From the NCBI GenBank assembly GCA_951406725.2, contig OX597836.1, positions 37,510,001-37,574,000 of the forward strand: DNA of 64,000 bases, read 5' to 3'. Positions 26,259 through 40,811 of the stretch are shown here, one piece after another. The notes beneath the pieces were generated by a model, which was not told the DNA's origin, ran no database searches, and saw only the letters and a program-made list of their open reading frames with translations. Each line of letters starts with the position of its first letter. Positions within the stretch are counted from its first letter, which is position 1. Position numbers and translations under genes: made by a program. This DNA comes from Octopus vulgaris (lineage: Eukaryota).

Positions 26259-26974
26259 TACACGGAAACAAATACCTTCATATACAACCTCGCAGCACCC
26301 TCTTCATTTCCTGAAATAGAAAGGTCACAATTCACTTTACACGTTTTTCTTCTACCTTTATTTTTTCCTTTCTGGTACAAAACAACACTATTTCACTTGC
26401 ATTCTAGTTTGTTTTGGTATTTTTTCTTTATTTTGCTTTGTATATTTATAATTTCTAAAAAAAGACTCTCGATAGCATTTGAAACAAAAGAGTTGATAAA
26501 AATTAAATAGACGAATCGGGAAAGGTTAGATGTAAAGAAAATTAAATATATATTGACAAAAGTCCGTTCGTTGTATATAAAATCACTTTCCATTGCTGTA
26601 AATATCGGGAAGTATAAGTGATGAAAAAATAATATCTTTCCTGTATTAGTGTTAACTATAAACAAGACCCAGAAATATTTGGATTTGGGTGATAATTGCG
26701 ATAAACTGTGAAACATTAGAGACGACCCACTGTGTGTCTAGTATTTACAACATCCTCTGTGAAATATCGACGGTGTAGACTAGACTACTGTGTCTCTTGG
26801 CAACTGAGTTTACAGCAGCGTCAGACATATTGCAGGGATAAATTGAAAGACAAATGAAGCATTATATGTTGGGCGAGTGTATATATGTGGATATGAAACT
26901 GTATGTATGTGAGTGTGTGTATACATATACGTAAGCACGCGCGTGTGTGTGTATTATTTTATTATTATTTTTTA

Positions 26975-27427
26975 TTTTACTTGTTTTAGTCATTTGACTG
27001 CAGCCATGATGGAGCACTGCCCTTAGTCGAATAAATCGACCCCAGAATTTATTCTTTGTAAACCTAGTATTTTCACTCTGTCGGCCTCTTTTGCCGAACC
27101 ACCAAGTTTCGGGAGTTTCGACTTTTCGGAGCGAAGAACTACGGTACATTCTCACCGGCTATTAATGGCAACAGACGCTTCTTCTATCGATCCTTCGCCA
27201 AACTGCTAAGTTACGGGTACTGAAACACGCCTGCTCTGGTTGTCAAGCGATAATGGGGTCAAATACAAACACACACATATATGCGACAGACTATACCAAA
27301 TCCACTCACAAGGCTTTAGTCGGCCCGAAGCTAAAGTAGAAAACACTTGCCCAAGGTGCCACGCATTGAGACTGAACCTGCAACCATGTGGTTGGCAGGC
27401 AAAGTACTTACTACACAGTCATGCCTA
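26975..27427 (-). mobile_element. SINE family B, older copy with an internal insertion
   Basis: Reverse family B motifs, with ~80 bp of extra sequence at ~27110-27195. Confidence 0.7.
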
Positions 27428-27504
27428 TGTTAAAGAATTATGTTTTCACATAAATATTTTCATGTAACAGTTTTATTGTAAAAATATTAGCATATTAGAA
27501 TATT

Positions 27505-27885
27505 AGGAGTGGCTGTGTGGTAAGTAGCTTGCTTACCAACCACATGGTTCCGGGTTCAGTCCCACTGCGTGGCATCTTGGGCAAGTGTCTTCTGCTATAG
27601 CCCCGGGCCGACCAATGCCTTGTGAGTGGATTTGGTAGACGGAAACTGAAAGAAGCCTGTCGTATATATATATATATGTGTGTTTGTGTGTTTGTGTTTG
27701 TCCCCCAAGCATTGCTTGACAACCGATGCTGGTGTGTTTACGTCCCGTCACTTAGCGGTTCGGCAAAAGAGACCGATAGAATAAGTACTGGGCTTACAAA
27801 GAATAAGCCCCGGGGTCGATTTGCTCGACTAAAGGCGGTGCTCCAGCATGGCCGCAGTCAAATGACTGAAACAAGTAAAAGAGTA
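27505..27885 (+). mobile_element. SINE family B
   Basis: Full-length copy. Confidence 0.9.
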
Positions 27886-28121
27886 TGTATTTTTATCGCT
27901 TTGCTTTTATTTTGCTTTTGATATTTTTCACAAGATAACTTTTTACACAAACAAAAAAAAAAAGATAAATTAAAATTCATTTGAAAAGTTTTCGTATGCG
28001 AATTTTACTGAATAAAATTTTTCTGCACGTTGTAACCAGAAGAGGTTCTGCAGAATATATGTGAGTGCGTGTGTGTATGTGTGTAAATGTGGATACATAT
28101 ATATTCTTTTATTCTTACATT

Positions 28122-28331
28122 CCTTTACTTGTTTCAGTCATTTGACTGCGAAAATGCTGGAGCACCGCCTTTAGTCAAGAAAATCGACCCCAGGACTAAT
28201 TCCTTGTAAGCCTAGAACTTATTCTACCGGTCTCGTTTGCCGAACCGCTAATTTACGGGAACGTAAACACACTAGCATCGATTGTCAAGCGATGTTCGGG
28301 AGACAAACACACACAGACACATACATACATG

Positions 28332-28420
<89 letters not shown>

Positions 28421-28582
28421 GACAGGCTTCTTTCAGTTTCCGCCTACCGAATCCACTCACAAGGCTTTGGCTGGCCTGAGGTTATAGTAGAAGACACTTG
28501 GCTAAGTTGCCACGTTCTGGGACTGAACCCGGAACTATGTGGCTGGTAAGCAAGCTACTTACCACACAGCCATTCCTGCGTC
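28122..28582 (-). mobile_element. SINE family B
   Basis: Full-length reverse copy with expanded internal (CA)n(TA)n. Confidence 0.9.
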
Positions 28583-28824
28583 TAACATATATATATATAT
28601 ATATAGCTAGTTACATAATATACACGTATATAATACATACCGAGACGCTCACACATACATATTCATATGTATACATGTGTGGTGCTTATGTGTATTATAT
28701 GTGTGTATGTATGTGTGTATGTATGTATGTATGTATGTATGTATGTATGTATGTATGTATGTATGCATGCATTCATTTATGTATATTTGTATATGTATAT
28801 AAGTATGTATAACAGCAAATACAT

Positions 28825-29425
28825 CTCAGCAGTAGGTACCCCCGATAAATTCCTCGCTAGTGTCCTTAAGGAATGCTAATATCAACTGGCATCTCCTTTA
28901 ACTAATCTCTGGAGAAAATTTGTAAGAAATAGTCTAATAGTCTATATACCCTAACATTCTCTACCCCAATCTATCATCGCAGTTTTCAAAAAAAAAGAGA
29001 ATGTGTCGCTTTCAGTAAACCATCACCTGATCTCACTTCTCATGTGATGAAATCATTTTTGAGAATATGAGATAAAGATTAATTGATTTCCTGGAGAGCA
29101 AATCTCCCAAATTCCAACCACAGCGGCTTTCGATGTGCTGGAGACTGTTCAATAAGGCTTCTACAACATTTTAGTATCTTAGAGACGTGAGAACAGACCA
29201 AACTCAAATCTGATATGCATCACGTCTTTCACAAGGCTTTCGACACTCTGCTACTATACAGATTCTGTGATAAAACTCCTGCAATGAATTAAGCGTTTTC
29301 TACTGAGTAGAACCTACCATGTCATGATCGTTAAATTCATTAAAACTCAGCAAACGTCACCAGTGGTTCTACCAAGGTGCTGTGTCGGGTCTACTTCTCT
29401 TGATTACGTATATGACATCACGAAT
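28825..29425 (+). pseudogene. LINE (CR1/L2/Jockey-group) reverse transcriptase remnant
   Basis: Ordered motifs PDKFLASVLKEC, LASPLTNLWRK, IIAVFKK, LTSHVMK, SGFR, KAFD, VTSG..QG.V.GLLL, with many frameshifts. Confidence 0.7.
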
Positions 29426-29436
29426 ATCATCAATAC

Positions 29437-29848
29437 TCTTTACTCTTTTTTACTCTTTTACTTGTTTCAGTCATTTGACTGCGGTCATGCTGGAGCACCG
29501 CCTTTAGTCGAGAAAATCGACCCCCGGGACTTATTCTTTGTAAGCCTAATACTTATTCTATCGGTCTCTTTTCCCGAACCGCTAAGTAACGGGGACATAA
29601 ACACACCAGAATCGGTTGTCAAGCGATGTTGGGGAGACAAACACAGACACACAAACATATACACACACACATACATATATATACATATATACGACGGGCT
29701 TCTTTTAGTTTTCGTCTACCAAATCCACTCACAAGGCTTTGGTCGGCCCGAGGCTATAGTAGAAGACACTTGCCCAAGGTACCGCGCAGTGGAACTGAAC
29801 CCAGAACCATGTAGTTGGTAAGCAAGCTACTTACCACACAGCCACTCC
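29437..29848 (-). mobile_element. SINE family B
   Basis: Full-length reverse copy. Confidence 0.9.
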
Positions 29849-30129
29849 AAAATTTTAATATTTACAAATGGCTTCAACGTGTGATTCAATGGATATTTTG
29901 TTAAAGGAGGGTAAAATTGATCTCATCCATTTTGGTAAAATGTGTTCTCGCTTATTGGCAGTTTAAAGATTTCGAATAACAAATGCTACCTTACGTTAAT
30001 TATCGGATAAAAGAAGCTGCGTTCTTTTTATTATTATTTTTTTTTTCTTTTTGAAGGATTTAATGAATTTATTGTTCGTGTTGCTATGAAATTCTTATAT
30101 TCTCTCGATTTCCCGTAATCCAGACCGCC

Positions 30130-30460
30130 TCGTACTGTCCCAGCAGACAATATGGAAAAAAAGCATTATCCCAGAGGATGGCGACGAAGTTGCGTAGGAT
30201 CAGCCGGCCACTCTGACTCACATGGCTTCCACTTGTGGACAGCCATCTCCACCCCGATAGCTCTAAGCAGGGATATGGTCCGGGTGTCAAGAACGACGGC
30301 GGTCTCAACTGCCACAGGCTCGACTATAAATAAACCTATTGGAGAGCGACCGATGCTTTGACAGTTTGGTTTTCTCACCCTGACTAGCGGCAGAGTCTGG
30401 GCTGGTAGCTGAACACAACCAAGTTACCACTGGAGGTGTAACAGCATGTGACATCCCTAT
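30130..30460 (-). pseudogene. CRE-like non-LTR retrotransposon 3' end
   Basis: Minus strand *DVTC..T...E.TK..KHRSL..IVEPVAVETAVVL.TRTISLLRAIG...VAILWDNAF. Confidence 0.65.
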
Positions 30461-30559
30461 GAGGGTCATGCGCTGCAGAACAGGAAAATTGTCATACCAT
30501 CAGGATTTTTATCGTTTCCTCCTCCGTCTAGCCCTGAAACAAATAAAAGGAAAAAGAAC

Positions 30560-30609
<50 letters not shown>

Positions 30610-30615
30610 GTGTGT

Positions 30616-30651
<36 letters not shown>

Positions 30652-31394
30652 GTTTTACTTATTTCAGTCATAGTACTGCGCAATGTCTGGGCACTGCCTT
30701 GTGGTGTTTAGTCGAACAAATAAACTCAAGTAACAATATTTTTTAAATCTTGTACTTTTTTATGGATTTCTCACGCCGAACCGCAAGGATTAAGGGACGT
30801 AAGCAGGCTAACACCGGCAGTTATTTATCATTAGTCTTTTATTCCTGTTGGAATTTTACGAATGTTGTGGGATATTGAGCAAATTGTCTTAGATATACGT
30901 GTGAGGGGTATCAGCTGTTTTTTTGGGGGGTGGGGGGGTTGAAAGATGTGAGTAATTCAAGTATTTTTAGATATATTTGTTTGCTTGGTCAAAGAATGCT
31001 TGGGAGTTACCATTTAAAATACTTGACCATGTTCTTTTGAATTTATATTTATGTGTGTGTGTGTGTGTGTGTGTGTTTGCAGTGAATGTTTACCCGAAGG
31101 ATAAGTTTTGTTTAGAGTTGTGTTTTGAAGCCGTTTTGATGACAAAAAAAGTCAACTGTTCATTGATTTCAGTGTATTTAAAGAAATGTTAGGAATTTAT
31201 TAAAGAATGAAACCAGAAAAATAAACGGCCTCTTGTTGGTTGTGTTTATGATAAGTCAAACGGCTTCAAAAACCATCCCACCCCAAGAACTCATTTAACC
31301 ATTGTTTAAACATTTCTTTCTCACACTCTCACTCTCTCTCTCTCTCTTTCACCCTCCCTTTTTCATTCTTTCTTTTTTCTTTATTTCACTCTAT

Positions 31395-32490
<1,096 letters not shown>

Positions 32491-33019
32491 AGAAAGAGAA
32501 AGAGAGATATATCACCAACACACGCACACATACCCGTTCAGATTCAAAGAAGTGCCAAATACTTTTGGTGGGTAGATTAAAAGGAGCAAAGAAATGGGAG
32601 CAGAACAGAGAAAATAAGACGAAAATAAGGATGAAAATAGACGTTGAGAAACCCACAGTTTACAACCAAGAATGATAAGCATCTCGGGTGGCCTAATGGG
32701 CCTTGAAATGGTTGGCGAAGAATAAACACTACACAAGACATTATACAGATAGAAATCGGCGAATATACTTTTACCTAACTAACGTAGCTAATGGTTTATA
32801 TTCAAGAAAAAATAATCCCAGATACAGAATACGCAATATTATAAATACTGCAAGGGCGGCGGGTTGGCAGAATCGTTACCGCATCAGAAAAAATACATTG
32901 TGGCATTTCTTGCAACTTTAGGTTTTGATTTCAAATTCCACCGAGGTCGAATTTGCTTTCTATACCTTTAGGGATCGGTAAAATAAGTACCAGTTGAGTA
33001 CTTCTTTTTTATGGAGCAC

Positions 33020-34340
33020 ATAACTAAAGTTATAGGTTATCAGAGATAATCTCTGTAGAAAAGTTTCAAATTTACCCTCACACCTACTTCAAACCTCATC
33101 GAACTAAAAGCAGGCTTTGAAAATGTTAGTCATCACTTCTGTTTTATAGAATTAATCGACAATGAGAGCGAAAATGTTGATACAGTTGTCAGAAATATAT
33201 ATCCAACTTTACCCCGTATAAATAGGGTGGCAAACATTTCGAATCGTATATTAATACGAGATCTAAATTCCTAATGAGAGCTCACAAATGTAAAAATCTT
33301 CGTAAATAAAGAAAAATGGCTCTACTAACACTGAAGAATGACCACTCAACTAGCCTAAAGCAAGATGAAATCGGCAGGGAAATAGTTATTATGAACAGAG
33401 GTTTATATATAGACAAAATATTAAAACAACAGGAAAATTGCTTAAAGGAGGAAACAAAAAAATCCCCCCAAAATAGTTACGGACAGAATTAGAGCATTAA
33501 ATAACGAATACTCACACTTCTCTACAGATTAAGAAATAGACTATTTATGCTATTTCAAATTTAAACAGCAGTTTGTAAGAATTACTTGAGATCCATAAAG
33601 GCTTGGTAACACAGAGACCATAAATGAACAGAATAACCAGTGGGTATAAACATTGATTTCAGATTTTGGCACAAAGCCAGCAATTTTTTTTTTTTGGGTG
33701 GGAGTAATTTAATTACATCGACACCAGTGTTCAACTGGTACTTATTTTATGAACCTAGAAAGGATGAAAGACATAGTCGACCTCGGAATGTAAGGACGGA
33801 CGAATAGGTATAAATATTAAAACCAACTGACCTCAAATTAAGACCAATAGTTTCAGAACCTCAATGTCCAACACAATGCCATCTCTTAAATCTATTCAAA
33901 ACCTGATGTCATTTAATCCCAAGTTCTATTCAAGATTACATGGATTTTCTCAAACATATCTAGGAACGAGCTTCGAAGTTAGTAACCTCTATGCTTGTAC
34001 ACCATATTCATTAGGCCTAGAAAGAATCGGAGACTGGATAGAAAAGCATAGTAATGATATATAAATGTTTTAAAACGGACTTCACCAAACTTATAAAATG
34101 AGTATTGGAAGAGGCCGTCTTCGCCTTTGACGGTAAAACATTATGGCAAACATTCTATGCCATTCTGGACATCTTTAATCCAAGGAGTGGCTGTGTGGTA
34201 AGTAGCTTGTTTACCAACCACACGGTCCCGGGTTCAGTCCCACTGCGTGGCACTTTCGGCAAGTGTCTTCTACTATAGCCTCGGGTCGACCAAAGCCTTG
34301 TGAGTGGATTTGGTAGACGGAAACTGAAAGAAGCCCATCG

Positions 34341-34373
<33 letters not shown>

Positions 34374-35500
34374 ATGCTTGTGCGTCTGTGTTTGCCCCCC
34401 AACACTTGACAACCGATGCTGGTGTGTTTACGTCACCGTAACTTAGCGGTTCGGCAAAAGAGACCAATAGAATAAGTACTAGGCTTACAAAGAGTAAGTC
34501 CTAGGGTCGATTTGCTTAACTAAAGGTGGTGCTCCAGCATGGCCACAGTCAAATGACTGAAACAAGTAAAAGAGTAAAAGAATATCAACAGAAACTAGTC
34601 TTAGTCACCTACCTCTTTTAGATATCCGCATAAAAATATGTAATTCCAAGATATCAATTGTTATATTCTACAAAAGAACAGCCACAATAGTATTAGAACT
34701 GTTACTTTTGCCATCGCTCACACATCAAATAGATCAATCAGCATGTATGATTAGAGTTATTTGCACAATAGTGGTTGACTCAAAATTACGACAAACTCGA
34801 CCTGATGACTTAAAGCTTTCTACAACTACAAACTCTTCCTTTGAAATTTATGGACAACGTGATTAAAGATGCTAAGGGATTGAATATCTCACAACGGAGA
34901 ACACCAAAAAAACTTTTGCAGGAATATTATTCCGTTTGTCAACGCACTTGATCCAGGAGTGACAAACATAAAAGCAAATCTACCAATTTTATTTTGAAGA
35001 CCTAAAATGACAGATTTAGTAAAAATAAAATTGTATAAAGAACAAAAACCCCATCCAAAAACATCTCAAATATAACAAAACAAAGAGAGAAACTAAATCA
35101 GTGCATAATTCGGAACACTCAGTAAGATCTTTCGGTATGAAACATGCAATAACGATTTGAAATATTTGGGAACTGGACCGGATGTAAAACTTAAAGGCAG
35201 ATTCTCTTTCCAAATAAATGCAAACATGGACTGCAAGACAAGAAATCTATTATATTGCATAACCTACTCCCACTTGCAAAGAAAATTATATCGGTCAGAC
35301 TAGAAATCCCCTCTGTGAACGGGTAAGAAGATTACGTAAGTGGAATTATTGAGGATAATATTGAGCGAACAGCTAGAAATACGCAAAACAACAATTTCAA
35401 GATTTCCCAGTCTCTAAATACTCAGGGGATGATCCAAAATACCGAAAGGAAATTATGAAATATTTTATCAACTAATTTACCTCAAAATAACGCTTAAACC
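33020..35500 (+). mobile_element. Decayed Penelope-like element (Neptune-like), interrupted by two SINEs
   Basis: Ordered motifs IVIMNRGLYIDKI (~33380), PTDLKLRPIVSEPQCPT (~33823), SFEVSNLY..P..LGLERI..WI (~33970), FQINANMDCKTRNLLYCIT..TCKENYIGQTRNPLCERVR (GIY-YIG, ~35207-35330); SINEs at ~33660-33810 and 34183-34580. Confidence 0.8.
34183..34580 (+). mobile_element. SINE family B
   Basis: Full-length copy inside the decayed PLE. Confidence 0.9.
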
Positions 35501-35696
35501 TCTACAGAAACACAGAAAATTTATTTTTAAAAATGACTTTTGTTGATGAACCAAATCAAATCTCCAGTGGATATTAATGATGTTGTTACTGCTGTAAAAG
35601 ATATTACTAAAAAGAAAATCCTTTTTACACTCCACCACACACATCCGCAAACTCACACACGCGCGCGCGTGCACACAAACAAACATACACACACAC

Positions 35697-35725
<29 letters not shown>

Positions 35726-35727
<2 letters not shown>

Positions 35728-36107
35728 CTCTTTTACTCTTTTACTTGTTTCAATCATTTTTACTATGGCAATGCTGGACCACTGCCGTTAAGTCGAAGAA
35801 ATCGACCTCAGAACTTATTCTTTGTAAGACTGGTACTTATTCTATAGGTCTCTTTCACCGAAACGCTAAGTTACGGGGACACAAACACACCAGCATCGGT
35901 TTCCAAGCGATGGTGCAGGGACAAGCACAGACAGAAAAATACACATATGACAGGCTTCTTTCAGTTTCCGTCTACCAAATCCACTCACAAGGCTTTGGTC
36001 GGTCGAAAGCTAAAGCAAAACACGTTTTGGCTAAGGTGCCACGCAGTGAGACTGAACATGGAACCATGTGATTGGGAAGCAAGCTTCTTACCACACAGCC
36101 ACGCTTG

Positions 36108-36193
<86 letters not shown>

Positions 36194-36204
36194 TACATAT
36201 ATAC

Positions 36205-36258
<54 letters not shown>

Positions 36259-36676
36259 TCTTTTACTCTTTTACTTGTTTCAGTCATTTGACTGCGGCCA
36301 TGCTGGAGCACCGCCTTTAGTCGAGCAAATCGACCCCGGGACTTATTCTTTGTAAGCCTAGTACTTATTCTATCGGTCTCTTTTGCCGAACCGCTAAGTG
36401 ACGGGGACGTAAACACACCAGCATCGGTTGTCAAGCAATGCTAGGGAGACAAACACAGACACACAAACACACACACACACACACGCATACATACATATAC
36501 ATATATACATATATACGACAGACTTCTCTTTAGTTTCCGTCTACCAAATCCACTCACAAGGCATTGGTCGGCCCGAGGCTATAGTAGAAGACATTTGCCC
36601 AAGATGCCACGCAGTGGGACTGAACACCGAACCGTGTGATTGGTTAGCAAGCTACTTACCACACAGCCACTCCTGC

Positions 36677-36678
<2 letters not shown>
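35726..36678 (-). mobile_element. Two tandem SINE family B copies separated by (CT)n(TA)n
   Basis: Reverse copies at ~35726-36111 and ~36257-36678. Confidence 0.88.
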
Positions 36679-36772
<94 letters not shown>

Positions 36773-36935
36773 AAGAAAATACTGTCAACCATTTACTGCT
36801 TTCCTCAGATTAAAGGCAAGCAATTTATTGACATTAATAAACAGTCACAATTTATTGAGCCATTTCTGGACTGACCTGTCATCAAAACAACCAGAGATTG
36901 TTTAATCTTTGCCCTAATCTTCGATAGCAGACATT

Positions 36936-37218
<283 letters not shown>

Positions 37219-38122
37219 ATATATATTTGCTGAAATAAACGATTGGCTCGTTTGCCGCCCAAACAGCTTCAAAAACGAACCCTCCCAAAAGTTCATTGAT
37301 TCCTTTATTTAAACGTTCACCAAACACACACACACACATGCACATATTCGCACACATACATTCAAAACAACGGGTGGTCAAACATCTGAAAAAAGCACTC
37401 CCAAACACGCTTTGTCCAACCCGTCAGTCACAAGTAAACAAATGTATTTAAAAACTTGAATTCTTGACATTCTTTAAAAAAACAGCTGATATCCCTTACA
37501 TAATATATGCAGCAATATGCGAAAAATTCTGCCACATTTGAAAACTTTCAATAGCAATAAATGCACTAAAGATAAATAATACTCCTTTCTACAATGCGCA
37601 GAGGCCTGATTTTTGGGATTTGGAAGCAATTAAGGTTTGTTAGTCTTCCGTTGCCGTTCGCGACCTTTCAGTGACTTAGCGCCTTCCTCTGTCGCACCAA
37701 GCTCTGCAATGTCTGCTCTGACTCTCTCTGAGAATTAGTCTATGCATGAATTAGTCTGAACACCACCCTGTACTTAACTCCATGTCCCCCTACATGGCCT
37801 TGCTATTTGCTTTTGAGCCAAATTAACTAACTAACTAACTAACTAACTAACCAGTGTTCAACTGTAACTTATTTTATCGACCCCAAAAATATAAAAGGTA
37901 ACGTCAAGCCCGGCGGAATTGGAACGCAGAACATAAAGACAGACGAAATACCGATAAGAATTTTGTCCTGCACCCTATTGGTTCTGCAAGCTCATCGCCC
38001 TATGAAGTATTTCTTCGACTTCTAAGAACTTTCTTCGTTTATTAACACACACACAACGTTCATACCAATACACGCATGCATACATACATACATACATACA
38101 TACATACATACATGCATACATG

Positions 38123-38210
<88 letters not shown>

Positions 38211-38818
38211 ATCAAAATAAGCAACAAGAATATTTCGGTAATTTGGTACGATCGTTTCACGCTACATCATTTTATTAAATATAGTAAATATTACAACAGT
38301 TTTAAAATGTTGAGCAATCATCAGCCATTCATAGAGGTTTCCCATTAATACATAATTTTCATATAATCACCCCCATGGATTTATATGGATAACACCATAC
38401 AAAGTTCTGGTGCATCTAAGTTAAGTACCATATTCATTTGAATCTAAATTTTGCTGAATTTATATATATATATATTTGAAAAGTGTTAATTGTTCGAACT
38501 TTAGGCCAAGAAGAATGTTAGACAGTTAATTAACAAATATTTAATTGGCAAAAACCCTTTTTTTTTCCTATCCTTATAAACAAAGTATGTATGAAAAGTG
38601 CTTCATGAATTGTAAGTTTGTGTTATAAGTGAATATATGAGAATGATAAGTGGTTGAACTTATGTCTATATGAATGATATTGTTATGTTAAATCATGAAT
38701 TAAATATTATTGCAGCATATGATTTATTACAAAGATGAAAGGAGTTTAATAATACATATATGGCGGTGCCCCAGCATGGCCACAGCTCATGAGCTGAAAC
38801 TGGAAAAAAAAATCAAAA

Positions 38819-38897
<79 letters not shown>

Positions 38898-38899
<2 letters not shown>

Positions 38900-39470
38900 T
38901 TTTATTCTTTTACTTGTTTCAGTCATTTGACTGCGGCCATGTTGGAGCGCTGCCTTTAGAATCGACCTCAGGACTTATTCTTTGTAAATCTAGTACTTAT
39001 TCTATTAGTCTCTTTTTGTCGAACAGCTATGAACAGTTAAGTTACGGGGACGTAAACGCACTAACATCATTTGTCAAGCGATAGTGGGAGGGGGAACAAA
39101 CACTTCACTTCTCCGGATCTTTCCTTTTCCTATGTTTCTGACGAAGATCTCCGCTCGAAACGTTAAACCCTCCTTCTTCCCTTCTTTCCTGAGGGTCCAA
39201 TAATACTATATTTGTTCCACGTCCTCGCGTTGTTGTGTTTTCTCTTTGCCTTTTCATGTTTGGGTTAACTATATATATAGATATATATATATATATATAT
39301 ATATATACGACAGGCTTCCCTCAGTTTCCATCTACCAAATTCACTCACAAGGCTTTGGTCGGCCCACGGCTATAATAGAAGACAACTACGCAAGGTACCA
39401 CGCAGTGTGACGGAATCCGGAGCCATGTGGTTAGAAAGCAAGCTTCTTACCACACAGCCACGCCTGCGCC
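38898..39470 (-). mobile_element. SINE family B carrying a nested short element at its internal microsatellite
   Basis: Family B tail at 38898-39104 and head at 39307-39470; unrelated insert at 39105-39270. Confidence 0.85.
39134..39168 (+). ncRNA. Minimal type I hammerhead ribozyme motif
   Basis: GTTT-CTGACGA-AGATCTCCGCTC-GAAACGT-T-AAAC: stem I GTTT/AAAC, CUGANGA and GAAA boxes, palindromic ACGU stem III. Confidence 0.7.
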
Positions 39471-39960
39471 TATAGCCATGTCTGCATATATATTGTAATA
39501 CATAGAGTTTAACTTGATAGAAGAATATAGTATAAAAGGTACAGTAAATATTTAATGAAATTTCGTTAAGAGGTGTAGTTATATAATGAGAATGTTATAA
39601 TTATAAATATATGTATTATATATTTATATTTTCATCTATTATTTTCTAGTTGTTTATGGCGAATTTATCAACAGCTTTTACATTAAGTTTTGTTGTGTCT
39701 CGAGAGAGTCATTATGCCAATAATAAGCATGAACAGACACACTATGCTAATAATACGCATGCATAGACTAATTCTCAGAGAGACTCAGAGCAGACATTGC
39801 AGAGCTTGCAGCGACAGAGGAAGGCGCTAAGTCACTGAAAGGTCGCGACGGGCAACGGAAGAACTAACAAACCTTAATTGCTTAACCAGCACATTAAACA
39901 AACGATCGATATTAGTGTACAAAGGTCTTGTTTCTCTCTCTCCTCTCTCTAAATATATTT

Positions 39961-40004
<44 letters not shown>

Positions 40005-40006
<2 letters not shown>

Positions 40007-40315
40007 AGGCGCAATGGCCCAGTGGTTAGGGCTGTGAACTCGCGGTCGTAGCATCGCGGTTTCAATTCCCAGACCGGGTGTTATGAATGTTTATTGAGCA
40101 AAAACACCTAAAGCCCCACGCGGCTCAGGCAGGGGGTGGTGGCGATCCCTGCTGTACTCTTTCGCCACAACTTTCTCTCACTCTTTCTTCTGTTGGCCTG
40201 CTCGCTTATCCAGCGGGGTGGTGTCATTTGAAGGCTAAAACAATGCGAAGCGCATTGTGATCAGCGATGTGTAGCAACATCTGATCGCCTGGTCGGTCAC
40301 GGTGATCACGGTGAT
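40005..40315 (+). mobile_element. SINE family C, tail type 1
   Basis: GGAGGCGCAATGGCCCAGTGGTTAGG head; tail ends CTGGTCGGTCACGGTGATCACGGTGAT. Confidence 0.88.
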
Positions 40316-40320
40316 ATATA

Positions 40321-40670
40321 TATATATAAATTTAAAATAATAAGGGTGAAAAATTGAATATTAATTTGATTAATATCAATTTAAAACCAGTAGTCTAGCA
40401 TATAGGAAAATTTGAAGATTCAGAAAAAAATTATATTAATTACATATAAGAGGGATGACCACTAAGTGGACATCCATTATGCTAGAAGTCGACCTCCTAT
40501 GGTCTTACCACAAAGAAAGGAATGTTCTCAAGGAAATTTAGCAAACGCCAGAACGTAAGCGAGCAAGACAAATGAAAAGATACAAAATATACAAATTAAT
40601 CACAAACCCGGTTTCTTGGGGGAGAGGGTCAACTTCTAGCATAATGCATGTTCACTTAGCGGTCATCCCT

Positions 40671-40680
<10 letters not shown>
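40321..40680 (-). mobile_element. Short fold-back element: 54-bp inverted arms plus one-sided tail, between (TA)n tracts
   Basis: 40441-40494 is the reverse complement of 40627-40680 (4 mismatches by eye); homologous to 14958-15206. Confidence 0.8.
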
Positions 40681-40740
<60 letters not shown>

Positions 40741-40773
40741 CTTTATTTTAAGCAGCAGAAAATTCAACAAAAT

Positions 40774-40811
40774 CTGTTACTCTGAGTTTCTCGTTGCCGT
40801 TCATCAGACAG
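40774..40811 (-). ncRNA. Type I hammerhead ribozyme motif in the left PLE arm
   Basis: Exact reverse complement of 45303-45340. Confidence 0.8.
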
